Of a stretch of DNA of 64,000 nt, positions 9,489-19,482 are shown one piece after another. The DNA lies in assembly GCA_965207545.1 (NCBI GenBank), contig CBDBMS010000003.1, positions 525,433 through 589,432 on the forward strand, given 5' to 3'. This DNA is from Gammaproteobacteria bacterium. Lineage in GTDB: Bacteria > Pseudomonadota > Gammaproteobacteria > Tethybacterales > CBDBMS01. The notes under the pieces were generated by a model. The model had not been told where the DNA came from, did no database searches, and was given only the letters and a program-made list of their open reading frames with translations. The first letter of the stretch is position 1, and each line of letters opens with the position of its first letter. The translations under genes were made by a program, and so were the position numbers.

Positions 9489-10409
9489 TTAGCCGCCTAT
9501 GCTGCCTTTGATGGAGAACTTCGCGCGAAGCGATATGAGCAGGAATGTTATGAACATCAGCAGCAGGGCTAGCGCCGAGCCAAACGCCCAGTTATTGGCT
9601 CCCTTGAACTGCTCTTCAATGACATTCCCGATGAGTATGCTGTCTGAACCGCCGAGCATGTTTGGAATATAAAAGGCGCCTAGAGCTGGCACGAAAACAA
9701 TGATGATCCCCGACAGGACCCCAGGCAGCGAAAGCGGCAACATGACCGAAAGGAAGGTGCGCCATTGGCTGGCTCCCAAATCGAGGCTTGCTTCCAGATA
9801 GGCGCGGTCGAACCGGTCCAGCGATGCGTAGATCGGCAGGATCATGAATGGTATGAATGTGTAGACGATGCCAAAGACCACCCCAAGGTTTGAGTAAAGG
9901 ATGGTGCTTGGAGTAAAACTGTCTCCCATCCCGCCTTCAACCCCGGCCAACTCCAGCATCCCGTCGCCGATGCCCCAGAAAAGCCCAAGCAAGTCGTTAA
10001 GAAACCCGTTTGTCCTGAAAACAGCAATCAGCGAGTAGGTTCGGATCACCACGTTGATCCAAAAGGGTAGCAAGACAGCCAGGAGAAGCAGGGGCTTGAC
10101 GCGGGACGGGGCGAAGGCAATGCCCATGGCGACGGGATAGCCGATGAGCAGGCAGATAAGGGTGGCTCCGCCGGCAATGAGGAGCGACTTTAGGAAGATC
10201 AAAAGATAGATCTGCTCGAAGGCCCGGAAGTAGTTGCTAAGAGTCCAGGTCAGTTCAAGGTCGATGATGTCCCTTTTCTCGGAGAAGCTGAACAGGAACA
10301 GGAACCCGAACGGCACTGCGAAAAACAGGACGTACCATACCAGCTGGAACGAACCGGTTGCAAAGAAAGAGAACGGGCTGTTACGCCAGCCATCTCCCTT
10401 CCATTCCAC
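9489..10409 (-). CDS. potB: polyamine-type ABC transporter permease
   Basis: 306-aa permease with the EAA loop ASLDLGASQWRTFLSVMLPLSLPG. Confidence 0.8.
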   Translation of the reverse strand: MEWKGDGWRNSPFSFFATGSFQLVWYVLFFAVPFGFLFLFSFSEKRDIIDLELTWTLSNYFRAFEQIYLLIFLKSLLIAGGATLICLLIGYPVAMGIAFAPSRVKPLLLLAVLLPFWINVVIRTYSLIAVFRTNGFLNDLLGLFWGIGDGMLELAGVEGGMGDSFTPSTILYSNLGVVFGIVYTFIPFMILPIYASLDRFDRAYLEASLDLGASQWRTFLSVMLPLSLPGVLSGIIIVFVPALGAFYIPNMLGGSDSILIGNVIEEQFKGANNWAFGSALALLLMFITFLLISLRAKFSIKGSIGG

Positions 10410-10470
10410 TTGACGCTTCCCTCTTCCTCAGGCCGTGGGGGGCGGATTTAGCCTCCCATCTGTCACTTTG

Positions 10471-11592
10471 CTAGGAGGCCAGGATGCGTGTCCAAGCCTC
10501 TTCGATCTGTTCCTCACGTTCCTCGCCCAGGTACAGGCCTATCTCGAGCTGGTTCATCATTGCATCGGACGGAAACGTTGCACTGTTATTACGGTAATCC
10601 TCATTGGTAAGGTTGTAGGCCGCCTCGTTGGGAGTGGCATACTCGATGTACTCGGCCAAGTCCCGGCCAACCTCCGCGTCAAGCAGGTAATTGATGAACC
10701 TGTTGGCATTCTCTGGTCTGGGCGCGTCGGAGGGGATCGCAAGCACATCCTGCCAGAGATAGCCTCCCTCCTGTGGGATCACGTATCCAACATCGTCGTC
10801 CTCGCTGATCAATTGGGCTATGTCGCCGCTCCATTCGACGACCAAGTCACATTCACCGGAAGCCAACAAATCCTGACCGTTGTCTTCGGCAATTGCCTTG
10901 ACATTGGGCTTGTACTTGATCAGTAGTTCTGTCGCCTCGTCAATATGTGCCTGGCTGGTCGAGTTGTAGGAATAGCCTAGGTACTGCATCGTCATGCCAA
11001 CCATTGAGACCGATTCGCTGATCCAGGCGATTTTCCCTTTGTAATTGGCGCTTTCCGGTCCAATGACTGCCGCCCAGCTACTTGGAGTGTCAATCTTCGA
11101 CTTGCGGTAGCCTATGCCCATGGTGCCCCACATGTACGGCATAGTGAAGGTGCGGCCAGGGTCGAAGTCGGGGTTCTTGAACCGATCGAACAGGTTGTCA
11201 AAGTTCGGTATGAGGTTGTGCCTGAGGTTCTGGAGCAACCCGGCCTTGTTCATGCGCTGCGCAGTGTCATGTGTTGGAACAATGAGGTCGTACCCGGTAT
11301 TGCCCTGTCTCATCTTGGCAAACAACTCGTCGTTGTCGCCGAAAAGATCCATGTTGACCTCTATTCCTGAGACCGCCTTGAAATCGTCAAGGGTGGTTTC
11401 GCCAATATAGGTGTCCCAGTTATAAAAGTTCAGACGCTTCTCCTCAGCAGACCATGCTCTTCCGCCCGGCAGGCTCAGTCCTGCTGCGACAACACCCATT
11501 CCAGCGAGGAAGGACCTGCGTGAATGTCTTGCTGAAAACCTTCTTCCAGTTGCTTTTCTCATTTTGTCTACTCCTTTTGGGACATTCTTCAC
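10471..11592 (-). CDS. PotD/PotF-family periplasmic polyamine-binding protein with a twin-arginine-like signal
   Basis: 373 aa. The N-terminus SRRSFLAGMGVVAAGLSLPGGRAWSAEE resembles a Tat signal. The mature part (LNFYNWDTYIG..., YMWGTMGIGY) is PotD/PotF-like. The start could instead be the internal M at 11562. Confidence 0.75.
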   Translation of the reverse strand: MKNVPKGVDKMRKATGRRFSARHSRRSFLAGMGVVAAGLSLPGGRAWSAEEKRLNFYNWDTYIGETTLDDFKAVSGIEVNMDLFGDNDELFAKMRQGNTGYDLIVPTHDTAQRMNKAGLLQNLRHNLIPNFDNLFDRFKNPDFDPGRTFTMPYMWGTMGIGYRKSKIDTPSSWAAVIGPESANYKGKIAWISESVSMVGMTMQYLGYSYNSTSQAHIDEATELLIKYKPNVKAIAEDNGQDLLASGECDLVVEWSGDIAQLISEDDDVGYVIPQEGGYLWQDVLAIPSDAPRPENANRFINYLLDAEVGRDLAEYIEYATPNEAAYNLTNEDYRNNSATFPSDAMMNQLEIGLYLGEEREEQIEEAWTRILAS

Positions 11593-11690
11593 ATTGCATT
11601 ATAGTGTTTCCTGCCTGTTGCCGCACAAGACCGACTGAAATTGGCGTTTCAGGGTTCATGGTGGCCCTCTGTTGTTGATAGAATACCTTT

Positions 11691-12974
11691 GTGCTGAATC
11701 AAGTTGTTTTCGCCCATGCTTGGGATCGCGATCTGACCGATATTTCAGTCTATAAGGCTGTTGGCGGCTACGGGGTTCTGGAAAGCGTACTTAGAGGGCA
11801 AAGGTCCCGCAGCGAGTTGCGGGAGGAAATCAAGAAATCGTTCCTGCGTGGGCGGGGAGGTGCTGGTTTCCCTACCGGATTGAAGTGGGGCTTCATTCCT
11901 GATGAGTTGGAGGGCAACATCTATCTGGTTTGCAATTCCGACGAGGGGGAACCTGGCACGTTCAAGGATCGGGACATTATGCGCTACAACCCCCATCAGT
12001 TGATTGAAGGCATGGTTCTGGCGGGATATGTGCTTGGCGCCGGCGTGGCGTACAACTACATTCACGGCGAGATCTGGGAGGTGTACGAGCACATGGAAAG
12101 AATGGTTGCCGACGCGGAGGCCGCAGGCTACCTCGGCAACAACATCTGCGATTCGGAATTCTCATTCCGGCTTCATAACCACCACGGCTACGGAGCTTAC
12201 ATCTGTGGCGAGGAGACAGCTCTGCTCGAATCCCTTGAGGGCAAGAAAGGCCAGCCGCGCTACAAGCCCCCTTTCCCGGCCACCTACGGTCTCTATGGGA
12301 AACCAACCACGATCAACAACACCGAAACATTTGCCAACATACCCTACATTCTCAAGCATGGCGGCGAGCATTTTCTTGAACTAGGCATTCCACGCAATGG
12401 GGGTACAAAGGTTTTTTCCATCTCGGGACACGTGGAAAACCCGGGCAATTTCGAGGTTCCGCTCGGCACGCCCTTCCCGAAACTGCTTGAAATGGCCGGG
12501 GGGGTGCGGAAAGGGCACAGGCTCAAGGCTGTCATTCCCGGTGGCTCCTCTGTTCCGGTGCTTCCAGGGGACAGGATGATGGAATTGAACATGGACTATG
12601 ATTCGATTGCCAAGGCAGGCTCTATGCTTGGAGCCGGATCTGTAATCGTGATGGATGAAACCGTGTGTATGGTCAAGGCCTTGGAACGCTTATCTTACTT
12701 TTATTTTGAGGAATCATGTGGCCAGTGTACCCCCTGTCGCGAAGGAACCGGATGGCTGTACCGCATGGTTCACCGCATTGAGAACGGCCAAGGCAAGCCG
12801 GAGGATTTGGAACTTCTGATGACCGTGTCAAACAACATTGACGGTCACACCATTTGCGGCCTAGGGGCGGCAGCGGCCACTCCGGTACGAAGTTTTATTG
12901 AGCATTTCCGCGATGAGTTCGAACACCATATTGAGCATAAGGAATGCCTTGTGCCGACCGGTTTCGGAGTTTAG
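11691..12974 (+). CDS. nuoF: NADH-quinone oxidoreductase subunit F
   Basis: 427 aa with a GTG start. [14 protein letters not shown] is the FMN/NADH site, followed by [13 protein letters not shown] and the N3-cluster motif [12 protein letters not shown]. Confidence 0.95.
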   Translation: MLNQVVFAHAWDRDLTDISVYKAVGGYGVLESVLRGQRSRSELREEIKKSFLRGRGGAGFPTGLKWGFIPDELEGNIYLVCNSDEGEPGTFKDRDIMRYNPHQLIEGMVLAGYVLGAGVAYNYIHGEIWEVYEHMERMVADAEAAGYLGNNICDSEFSFRLHNHHGYGAYICGEETALLESLEGKKGQPRYKPPFPATYGLYGKPTTINNTETFANIPYILKHGGEHFLELGIPRNGGTKVFSISGHVENPGNFEVPLGTPFPKLLEMAGGVRKGHRLKAVIPGGSSVPVLPGDRMMELNMDYDSIAKAGSMLGAGSVIVMDETVCMVKALERLSYFYFEESCGQCTPCREGTGWLYRMVHRIENGQGKPEDLELLMTVSNNIDGHTICGLGAAAATPVRSFIEHFRDEFEHHIEHKECLVPTGFGV

Positions 12975-12976
12975 CG

Positions 12977-15394
12977 GTGAGCAACAGCGTACCGGTCCAG
13001 ATTGACGGCAAAAGCATTGACGTTCCCGCAGGCATCAGCATCATTGAGGCTGCCAAGATGGCGGAGATTTACATTCCCCACTTTTGCTACCATCCCAAAC
13101 TCTCGGTTGCAGCCAATTGCAGAATGTGCCTTGTCGAAGTGGAGAAGGCACCCAAGCCTTTGCCGGCCTGCGCCACCAACGTTACTGCAGACATGGTGAT
13201 TCGCACCGCCAGTAAGAAGGCCAAGGCGGCGCAGAACGGCGTAATGGAGTTTCTCCTCATCAACCACCCTCTCGACTGCCCCATATGCGACCAAGGAGGG
13301 GAGTGCCAGCTCCAGGATCTTGCCGTCGGATACGGCCTGTCGAACTCACGCTACACGGAACCAAAGAGGGTGGTTGTCGAAAAGAACCTAGGGTCGCTGA
13401 TATCAACTGACATGATGCGATGCATCCATTGCACAAGGTGTGTCCGTTTCGGCCAGGAAGTTGCAGGCGTCATGGAACTTGGGCTCATTTCACGGGGCGA
13501 GCATGCTGAAATCATGCCTTTTGTGGAGAAGACCGTTGACAGCGAGCTTTCAGGGAACATGATCGATGTGTGTCCTGTGGGTGCACTCACTTCGAAGCCA
13601 TTTAGGTATACCGCACGCACTTGGGAGTTGCGGAGCGTTGACGGCATCAGTCCCCATGACAGTTGGGGAAGCAATCTGCGAATCCAGATCAAGGGACGCA
13701 AGGTGATGCGCGTGCTGCCGAGAGAGAATAGCCAGATCAACGAGTGCTGGATCAGTGACCGTGATCGCTTTTCCTACGAGGCGCTGAACAGCAAGGAACG
13801 AGCCATCCGTCCCATGGTTAAGCCGCCTAAGTCAAGGAACATCAACATTGTGGACTGGCAGGACGCACTTGACCAAGTCGCCGAACGGATGGGCGCGTTG
13901 CTCAACGATCATGGTCCGGAGAGCATCGGATTTCTTGCAAAAAGCAACATGACCCTTGAGGAACTGTATCTTTTCCAGAAGTTTGGCAGAAGCCTAGGTG
14001 TCGCCAATCTCGACACGCGCCTTTACCAGAGGGACTTCTCCCTAGATGCGGACAGTGCGCTCAAAATACCTTGGTTCGGCCTGCCGATTGAGTCGATCAG
14101 TTCGGTTCGCCAGGCGCTTCTCATTGGCCTAAATCCTGGAAACGAGGTTCCGCTTCTCGGCCATCTGCTCAGGAAGATGCGTCGCCTTAAACACGCCAAC
14201 ATAGGCAGTATCGGACAGGTTGACATGACCGAGCAGTTCCAATCGGACTTCTCAGCGGTGATCCCGCCAAGTGCAATGATCCATGTTCTTGCACGTATGC
14301 TGAAGATCTGTGGGGGGCAAGTGCCGGATGCGCTCCTGCGGGAGAATCCACTGCCAGATGAAAATCATATGACCTTGTTTGCCGAGGCGATGATGAAAGA
14401 CAGAAAGAGTGTCGTCTGGCTTGGACAGCAGGCGCTCTTCAATCCAGACTATGGTTTGATCCGGAAGCTGGCCACCGGCATTGCCGAAAAGACCGGATCC
14501 ATTATCGGAATAAAGAATCCTAGTGGCAACTCAATCGGAGCCTATCTAGCCGGTATGCTTCCGGATCATGGCGTCATGTGCACCCCCGATGTCAAGCATG
14601 GCCTCAATGCCCGGCAAATGCTGGAAACCCCGTTGAAGGGTTATGTTCTTCTTGGGTGCGAACCTGACGATTTCTTTGATCCGCTCGGCTTCCGGAATGC
14701 GGTCTCCCAAGCCGATCTGACCGTTTCGATGAGCGTTTACGAAACATCTGCACGGAAATACTCGGACGTATTGCTGCCAATTGCCCCCTTCACTGAGACG
14801 CCTGGGACTTATGTCAACACGGAAGGCTGTCCGCAGACTTTCCCCGAGGCGGTTCCGCCCCTTGGTGAAGCGCGGCCAGGCTGGAAAGTCCTATGTGTGC
14901 TTGGAAAGCGTTTCGAACTGGCGGGGTTTGACTTCGACACTCTTGACGACATTAGAACGGAGATCATTTCGCAGGGAGCTGATTTCACGGAGAGTCTGGA
15001 CAATCGGTGCGACTACAGCCAGCTAGATCTACCTGCTAGAGAGGCAAACGGCGATCATAAGGGTCTCGAACGCATATTTGAGGTGGCCAGTTACGGTACC
15101 GATGCCATTGTCAGACGCGCGGAATCCCTGCAGAAAACCAGACGCGCCAAGCACGGCAGGCGGGTTTCCCTGCACCCGGAGACTGCTGTGGAACTTGGGT
15201 TGCGGGACGGCAGCAAGGTGAAGATATTAGCCGGCGATTCAACGGTGGACAGCATCGTGCTTATAGACAGCCGATTAGCAAGGGGATGCGCCAGGATACC
15301 GATCGGAGTGCCTGAATTTTCGGAACTTGGATGCGCAGAGAGGGTGACCCTTGCCTTAGTGACCGAGAAGGCGGGTGAGGTTGTAGAGGTCTAA
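12977..15394 (+). CDS. nuoG: NADH-quinone oxidoreductase subunit G
   Basis: Has the 2Fe-2S and 4Fe-4S motifs CYHPKLSVAANCRMCLVEV, HPLDCPICDQGGECQLQD, CIHCTRCVRF and CPVGALT. The start is set at the GTG at 12977, 2 nt after the nuoF stop. The ORF-track start at 12944 overlaps nuoF. Confidence 0.9.
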   Translation: MSNSVPVQIDGKSIDVPAGISIIEAAKMAEIYIPHFCYHPKLSVAANCRMCLVEVEKAPKPLPACATNVTADMVIRTASKKAKAAQNGVMEFLLINHPLDCPICDQGGECQLQDLAVGYGLSNSRYTEPKRVVVEKNLGSLISTDMMRCIHCTRCVRFGQEVAGVMELGLISRGEHAEIMPFVEKTVDSELSGNMIDVCPVGALTSKPFRYTARTWELRSVDGISPHDSWGSNLRIQIKGRKVMRVLPRENSQINECWISDRDRFSYEALNSKERAIRPMVKPPKSRNINIVDWQDALDQVAERMGALLNDHGPESIGFLAKSNMTLEELYLFQKFGRSLGVANLDTRLYQRDFSLDADSALKIPWFGLPIESISSVRQALLIGLNPGNEVPLLGHLLRKMRRLKHANIGSIGQVDMTEQFQSDFSAVIPPSAMIHVLARMLKICGGQVPDALLRENPLPDENHMTLFAEAMMKDRKSVVWLGQQALFNPDYGLIRKLATGIAEKTGSIIGIKNPSGNSIGAYLAGMLPDHGVMCTPDVKHGLNARQMLETPLKGYVLLGCEPDDFFDPLGFRNAVSQADLTVSMSVYETSARKYSDVLLPIAPFTETPGTYVNTEGCPQTFPEAVPPLGEARPGWKVLCVLGKRFELAGFDFDTLDDIRTEIISQGADFTESLDNRCDYSQLDLPAREANGDHKGLERIFEVASYGTDAIVRRAESLQKTRRAKHGRRVSLHPETAVELGLRDGSKVKILAGDSTVDSIVLIDSRLARGCARIPIGVPEFSELGCAERVTLALVTEKAGEVVEV

Positions 15395-15397
15395 TGG

Positions 15398-16450
15398 ATG
15401 AAGAGTTGGATCATCTACAACCTCACCCCCTACATCGGCGACTATGCAATATGGCTGGCTAATCTGATCGTCCTATCTCTTCAGACAGTGGGGATCATAC
15501 TTCCGCTCATAATCTGCGTGGCCTATCTCACTTATGCCGAACGCAGGGTGATCGGAGCCATACAGCTTCGGATAGGTCCGGACAGGGTGGGGCCAATGGG
15601 CCTTCTCCAGCCGATTGCAGATGCGCTTAAGCTTCTGCTGAAGGAGATTGTGATTCCGACGGATGCCACCAAAATGGTGTTTCTGGTCGCGCCAGTGATC
15701 TCGATTGCAACAGCATTTGCGGCATGGGCCGTGATACCGTTCTCCGCCGAGGTTGTTCTTTCGGACATCAACGCCGGACTTCTTTACGTGCTAGCAATCA
15801 CCTCTGTCGGGGTGTACGGGGTGATAATTGCAGGCTGGGCATCCAATTCCAAGTACGCCTTTCTCGGATGTCTGCGCTCCGCGGCACAGATAATCTCCTA
15901 CGAAATTGCAATGGGGTTTGCACTAGTGGTCGTGCTGATGGCGTCGCAAAGCCTCAATCTTGGAGACATCGTTAATGGACAGAAAGGGGCAGGGCTGCTG
16001 AGCTGGTACTTCATACCGCTGTTCCCGATCTTCATAGTCTATTTCATTTCCGGAGTCGCCGAAACGAACAGGGCTCCTTTTGACGTGGCCGAAGGTGAAT
16101 CTGAAATCGTCGCAGGGTTCCATGTGGAATATTCTGGCATTGCATTTGCTCTGTTCTTCCTGGCGGAATATGCAAACATGATACTGATCGCAACGCTGGC
16201 TTCATTGCTGTTCCTCGGAGGCTGGCTTCCTCCAGCAGACTTTCCCCCGTTCAGCTATGTGCCGGGATTTGTCTGGCTTGTTTTCAAGGTTGGCTTCATG
16301 CTGTTCTGCTTTCTTTGGTTCCGGGCCACATTCCCCCGCTACCGGTACGACCAGATCATGCGTCTCGGCTGGAAAGTGTTCATTCCGATTACCCTTGTCT
16401 GGCTGGTGGTGGTGGCATTCTGGAAGCAGACGCCGCTCTGGCTCTGGTAG
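15398..16450 (+). CDS. nuoH: NADH-quinone oxidoreductase subunit H
   Basis: 350-aa polytopic ND1/NuoH-like protein ([20 protein letters not shown]..., [20 protein letters not shown]). Confidence 0.95.
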   Translation: MKSWIIYNLTPYIGDYAIWLANLIVLSLQTVGIILPLIICVAYLTYAERRVIGAIQLRIGPDRVGPMGLLQPIADALKLLLKEIVIPTDATKMVFLVAPVISIATAFAAWAVIPFSAEVVLSDINAGLLYVLAITSVGVYGVIIAGWASNSKYAFLGCLRSAAQIISYEIAMGFALVVVLMASQSLNLGDIVNGQKGAGLLSWYFIPLFPIFIVYFISGVAETNRAPFDVAEGESEIVAGFHVEYSGIAFALFFLAEYANMILIATLASLLFLGGWLPPADFPPFSYVPGFVWLVFKVGFMLFCFLWFRATFPRYRYDQIMRLGWKVFIPITLVWLVVVAFWKQTPLWLW

Positions 16451-16487
16451 TAACACTGATACAATCAGTCATGGGTGAAACAACGTT

Positions 16488-16988
16488 GTGAAACAGCTCT
16501 ACAGAAGTTTCAGGAATTTTCTGAATACCTACCTGTTGCTTGAACTGGTGAAAGGCTTGATGCTGACCGGTAAGCTGATGTTTCGCAGGAAGATCACGGT
16601 GAAGTATCCTGAGGTCAAGACGCCCGCCAGCCCGCGCTTTCGGGGGTTGCATGCCCTAAGGCGTTATCCCAACGGTGAGGAACGTTGCATCGCCTGCAAG
16701 CTGTGCGAGGCAGTCTGCCCAGCAATGGCCATCCATATTGAATCTACCGTCCGCAAAGATGGCACCCGCCGAACCTCAAGATACGACATCGATATGACGA
16801 AATGCATATTCTGCGGAATGTGCGAGGAAGCCTGCCCTGTGGATGCCGTTGTCGAAACCCACATTTTCGAGTATCACGGCGAAAAGAGAGGGGATCTTTA
16901 CTATACCAAGGACATGTTGCTTGAGGTCGGAGACCGGTATGAAAAGGAGATAGCCGAAGCTAGGGAAAAAGAAGCTGACTTTAGGTAG
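16488..16988 (+). CDS. nuoI: NADH-quinone oxidoreductase subunit I
   Basis: 166 aa with two ferredoxin-type motifs, [12 protein letters not shown] and [15 protein letters not shown] start. Confidence 0.95.
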   Translation: MKQLYRSFRNFLNTYLLLELVKGLMLTGKLMFRRKITVKYPEVKTPASPRFRGLHALRRYPNGEERCIACKLCEAVCPAMAIHIESTVRKDGTRRTSRYDIDMTKCIFCGMCEEACPVDAVVETHIFEYHGEKRGDLYYTKDMLLEVGDRYEKEIAEAREKEADFR

Positions 16989-17345
16989 TTAGGTGTTCCA
17001 GACAAGGCTCATTTTCCAGTTGCTTGGCTAGGTGACGGAGCCCAAGGGTGAGACAGTTTCTTGAATTTGACTGTGACTGCTTCGCATCTCCAACTGTTCT
17101 GCAACTACCTAAACACTTGCTTGGACGGACATTTGATGCGGTGTCCTAACATAATCACTTGCGTGGCCATAAGCCGAGGGGAGTGGCAGGAATTTCAGGC
17201 CGCTTCATGTTCTGGCGAATATCAACCTTGAGAACCCGGTGACAGGGGTGTCGCTTGGACGGGATCCAAAGCCAGCGCTTCTAGGAACATGTCATGTTTC
17301 CAAGTCGCTGAATTTCAAAATTGCCTTGTCCTGGAATGGCCGGGG

Positions 17346-17434
17346 CGGAGAGGGCGGGATTCGAACCCGCGTGCCGGCAGAGCCGACCATCTGATTTCGA
17401 GTCAGCGCCGTTATGACCACTTCGGTACCTCTCC
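17346..17434 (-). tRNA. tRNA-Ser (anticodon CGA)
   Basis: The reverse complement reads GGAGAGG-TA-...-CT-CGA-AA-...-long variable arm-GCGGGTTCGAATCCCGC-CCTCTCC-G. It has a 7-bp acceptor stem, a T-loop TTCGAAT and a class-II long variable arm. No encoded CCA. Confidence 0.9.
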
Positions 17435-17575
17435 TGAACTATGGTGAGAAACGCCTGTTTCCGCTTATGGTTGGCTTTTGTGCCAAGCCGTGAATGGCAA
17501 GTTCGGCAGTAGGATTATAATCGCTAAGGAAAAGAGCGTTAACACATCACCTGCACCACTAGAAAGGAACTCTCT

Positions 17576-18847
17576 ATGTTTGCTGACACACATAGCCTGA
17601 ACAGCGTTGATCCTGAAATAGCCAAGGCCATTGGTAGTGAGATTGTTCGCCAAGAGAACCATCTTGAGCTGATTGCCTCTGAAAACTGCACGAGTCCGGC
17701 TGTTCTTGAAGCGGTGGGGTCCGTTTTGACCAACAAGTACGCCGAAGGGTACCCAGCGAAGCGTTATTACGGCGGATGTGACCATGTTGATGTGGTTGAG
17801 CGCCTGGCTATTGAGCGTGCCAAGGAGCTTTATGGGGCCGATCATGCAAACGTGCAGGCTCACTGCGGCTCAAGCGCCAATCTAGCCGTGTTCATGGCCG
17901 CACTCAGTCCTGGCGACACCGTGCTCGGCATGTCGATTGACCATGGCGGGCATCTGACACATGGGGCGAAAGTGAATTTCAGCGGCAAGTGGTTCAATAC
18001 GGTGGGCTACGGTCTCCATTCGGAGACCGAAGACATCGACTATGATGATGCGGAAAGACTTGCCCACGAGCACAAGCCGAAATTGATACTTTGCGGTGCA
18101 TCAGCGTTCTCGCTCAGAATCGACTGGAGACGCTTTAGGGAGATCGCCGATTCGGTGGGTGCTGTTGTCATGGCGGATTTCGCACACTATTCCGGTCCCA
18201 TCGCCGCGGGAATCTATCCCAGCCCTGTGGAGCACTGTCACTACTGCACCAGCACCACGCATAAGTCACTGCGCGGGCCACGCAGCGGCTTTATACTCTG
18301 CAAGGAGGAACTATCCCGCAAAGTTGACAGTGCAATCTTCCCCGGCCTGCAGGGGGGGCCTCTGATGCATGTGATCGCCGGCAAGGCGGTTGCCTTCAAG
18401 GAGGCGATGTCTCCTGAGTTCAAGGAATACCAGAAGCAGGTTCTGGCCAACGCTTCGGCAATGGCTGAAGCGCTCAAGGATCTGGGGTTGCGCATTGTTT
18501 CTGGCAGAACGGAGAGCCATGTTTTTCTCGTTGACCTTCAGTCACTGAACATTACCGGGAAAGATGCGCAGGCCGCTCTTGATAGGGCGCACATCACACT
18601 GAACAAGAATGGAATCCCCAATGATCCTCAGCCCCCGACCGTAACCAGCGGAATCCGCATAGGGACTCCTGCGATCACTACGCGGGGCCTAGGCGAGGAG
18701 CATTGCAGAGAAATCGCCGAGCTAATCGTGAGAGTGCTCAAGAACCTTGGTGATAATAGCGTGATCGACGGGGTGGCTTCCGAAGTGAAGAGAATGACCG
18801 CGAGATTTCCAATCTATGAAAAGCATAAGCAGCTTCTGACAGAGTGA
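17576..18847 (+). CDS. glyA: serine hydroxymethyltransferase
   Basis: 423 aa with the PLP-lysine motif [12 protein letters not shown] and the [11 protein letters not shown] stretch. Confidence 0.95.
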   Translation: MFADTHSLNSVDPEIAKAIGSEIVRQENHLELIASENCTSPAVLEAVGSVLTNKYAEGYPAKRYYGGCDHVDVVERLAIERAKELYGADHANVQAHCGSSANLAVFMAALSPGDTVLGMSIDHGGHLTHGAKVNFSGKWFNTVGYGLHSETEDIDYDDAERLAHEHKPKLILCGASAFSLRIDWRRFREIADSVGAVVMADFAHYSGPIAAGIYPSPVEHCHYCTSTTHKSLRGPRSGFILCKEELSRKVDSAIFPGLQGGPLMHVIAGKAVAFKEAMSPEFKEYQKQVLANASAMAEALKDLGLRIVSGRTESHVFLVDLQSLNITGKDAQAALDRAHITLNKNGIPNDPQPPTVTSGIRIGTPAITTRGLGEEHCREIAELIVRVLKNLGDNSVIDGVASEVKRMTARFPIYEKHKQLLTE

Positions 18848-19482
18848 AATGTCCCAAGTGCTCGGCTAACACCAAAGTCACCAACACCCGTGTGGCGAAT
18901 GACGGTGCGGGAAGGCGGCGGAAGCGTCAGTGTGAGCAGCCGGAGTGTATGCATCGCTTTTGGACAATTGAATCAATTGAGCCGGAAAGCGGCAATGGCG
19001 ATGCAGTGGCGCTGCTTCCGATAAGTTGCACGCACTGTCAGGGAAGGCTTAGATTGATCGGAAATGGCCTGATGGATGATCGAATCTCCGTTCAGCGCAC
19101 CTACATGTGCCTCGGCTGCCATCTGGTCATGTACACAGTTGAAGCGCCAGGAGATGGCACACACTACCTGTTGAATCTTTACGCCCCCATAGTGACGACG
19201 CCAGACGGTATGCGCAATGAGTACAGCAGGAAAAAACTTGCAAAAAGCTTGTCATTTCTTCGTAACAGGCAACTGGATGCCTGGCAGTTTGACGAGATGA
19301 TTGCCTATGCGGAGGATGGTCTGAAGCCTCATGAGGAGATCACCTCCGGAAAGATCGAAATCCGCATCATGGAATTTCTCCTGAGGAACAGCAAGATGGG
19401 CTATCTTTCCTACTGTATGGAGCGCGGCAAGGTGAATAGCCCTAGCGATATCAGCAAGTTGCTGGATGACATTAAGGACTGA
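18844..19482 (+). CDS. nrdR: NrdR-like transcriptional repressor with a duplicated zinc ribbon (atypical, 212 aa)
   Basis: The GTG start overlaps the glyA stop (GTGA), and the stop abuts the ribD ATG, so it fills the conserved glyA-nrdR-ribD slot. Ribbon 1 uses C3,C6,C30,C35 with RRRKRQC...RFWTIE. Ribbon 2 uses C62,C65,C89,C92 with ...MYTVE. The C-terminal segment [20 protein letters not shown] resembles an ATP-cone. Confidence 0.7.
   Translation: MKCPKCSANTKVTNTRVANDGAGRRRKRQCEQPECMHRFWTIESIEPESGNGDAVALLPISCTHCQGRLRLIGNGLMDDRISVQRTYMCLGCHLVMYTVEAPGDGTHYLLNLYAPIVTTPDGMRNEYSRKKLAKSLSFLRNRQLDAWQFDEMIAYAEDGLKPHEEITSGKIEIRIMEFLLRNSKMGYLSYCMERGKVNSPSDISKLLDDIKD

Noticed and set aside
17136-17231. 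31-codon Cys-containing ORF (MRCPNIITCVAISRGEWQEFQAASCSGEYQP) inside the nuoI/tRNA-Ser spacer.
   Set aside because: It has no Shine-Dalgarno sequence and no recognisable motif, and its length is consistent with chance. It is kept only as part of the spacer finding.
17516-17521. Perfect TATAAT hexamer 55 nt upstream of glyA. A similar hexamer lies at 56928-56933 in the MFS/amidohydrolase divergent region.
   Set aside because: There is no acceptable -35 element or extended -10 TG at the right spacing, so a hexamer alone is insufficient to call a promoter.
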